Of a DNA stretch of 64,000 bases, positions 63,751 to 64,000 are shown piece after piece. The position numbers and the translations under genes are program-made. Origin of the DNA: Mustelus asterias (lineage: Eukaryota). Under the pieces are notes generated by a model that worked only from the letters and a program-made list of their open reading frames with translations, did not search any database and was not told the origin of the DNA. The stretch's first letter is position 1. Every line of letters begins with the position of its first letter. The stretch lies in the NCBI RefSeq assembly GCF_964213995.1, contig NC_135830.1, positions 14,384,001 to 14,448,000 of the forward strand, in the 5' to 3' direction.

Positions 63751-64000
63751 ATCCGCACATTTTTGGACAAGGGATAATAATAAATCGAATCAAATAGGTA
63801 ACATTGACAAAGTGCTATATATTCCAAGACAAGAAATAGGGAATCATAAATAACATAGTATATAACATACAACTACGTTAAACATATCTCTGTCCCATAC
63901 TAATTTACTGTTCATTTAAATATTAGCCCTCTCCTGGGAAACTCCCCCTTTAATTGTGAACATTGGGTAAGAGGCTATCCTATTATCCAGATAAATAAAT

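Overview
Vertebrate genomic DNA, almost certainly from a shark or other elasmobranch (inferred from HE1/V-SINE-type SINEs, CR1 LINEs and Penelope-derived palindromes). From left to right: (1) the last two coding exons of EMC4; (2) a cluster of C2H2 zinc-finger genes with no visible KRAB/SCAN/BTB exon: five open finger arrays, two pseudogenes, and NRF1/YY1/CCAAT-type CpG-island promoters; (3) a ~6 kb inverted segmental duplication whose two ZNF copies have near-identical promoters and introns but different finger arrays; (4) inside the ZNF cluster, a small T-cell-receptor alpha/delta V island with one intact V gene (leader, intron, V exon, perfect 23-RSS) and one convergent V pseudogene, flanked by three strong CTCF-like motifs; (5) a near-full-length CR1 LINE with an SGNH-type ORF1, a TTTAAAC slippery site at the ORF1/ORF2 junction and a structured 3' UTR insert. 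There are also solo LTRs, Rex1-like and L2-like fragments and minisatellites. Repeat-fragment boundaries are approximate and were read by eye; no database searches were run.
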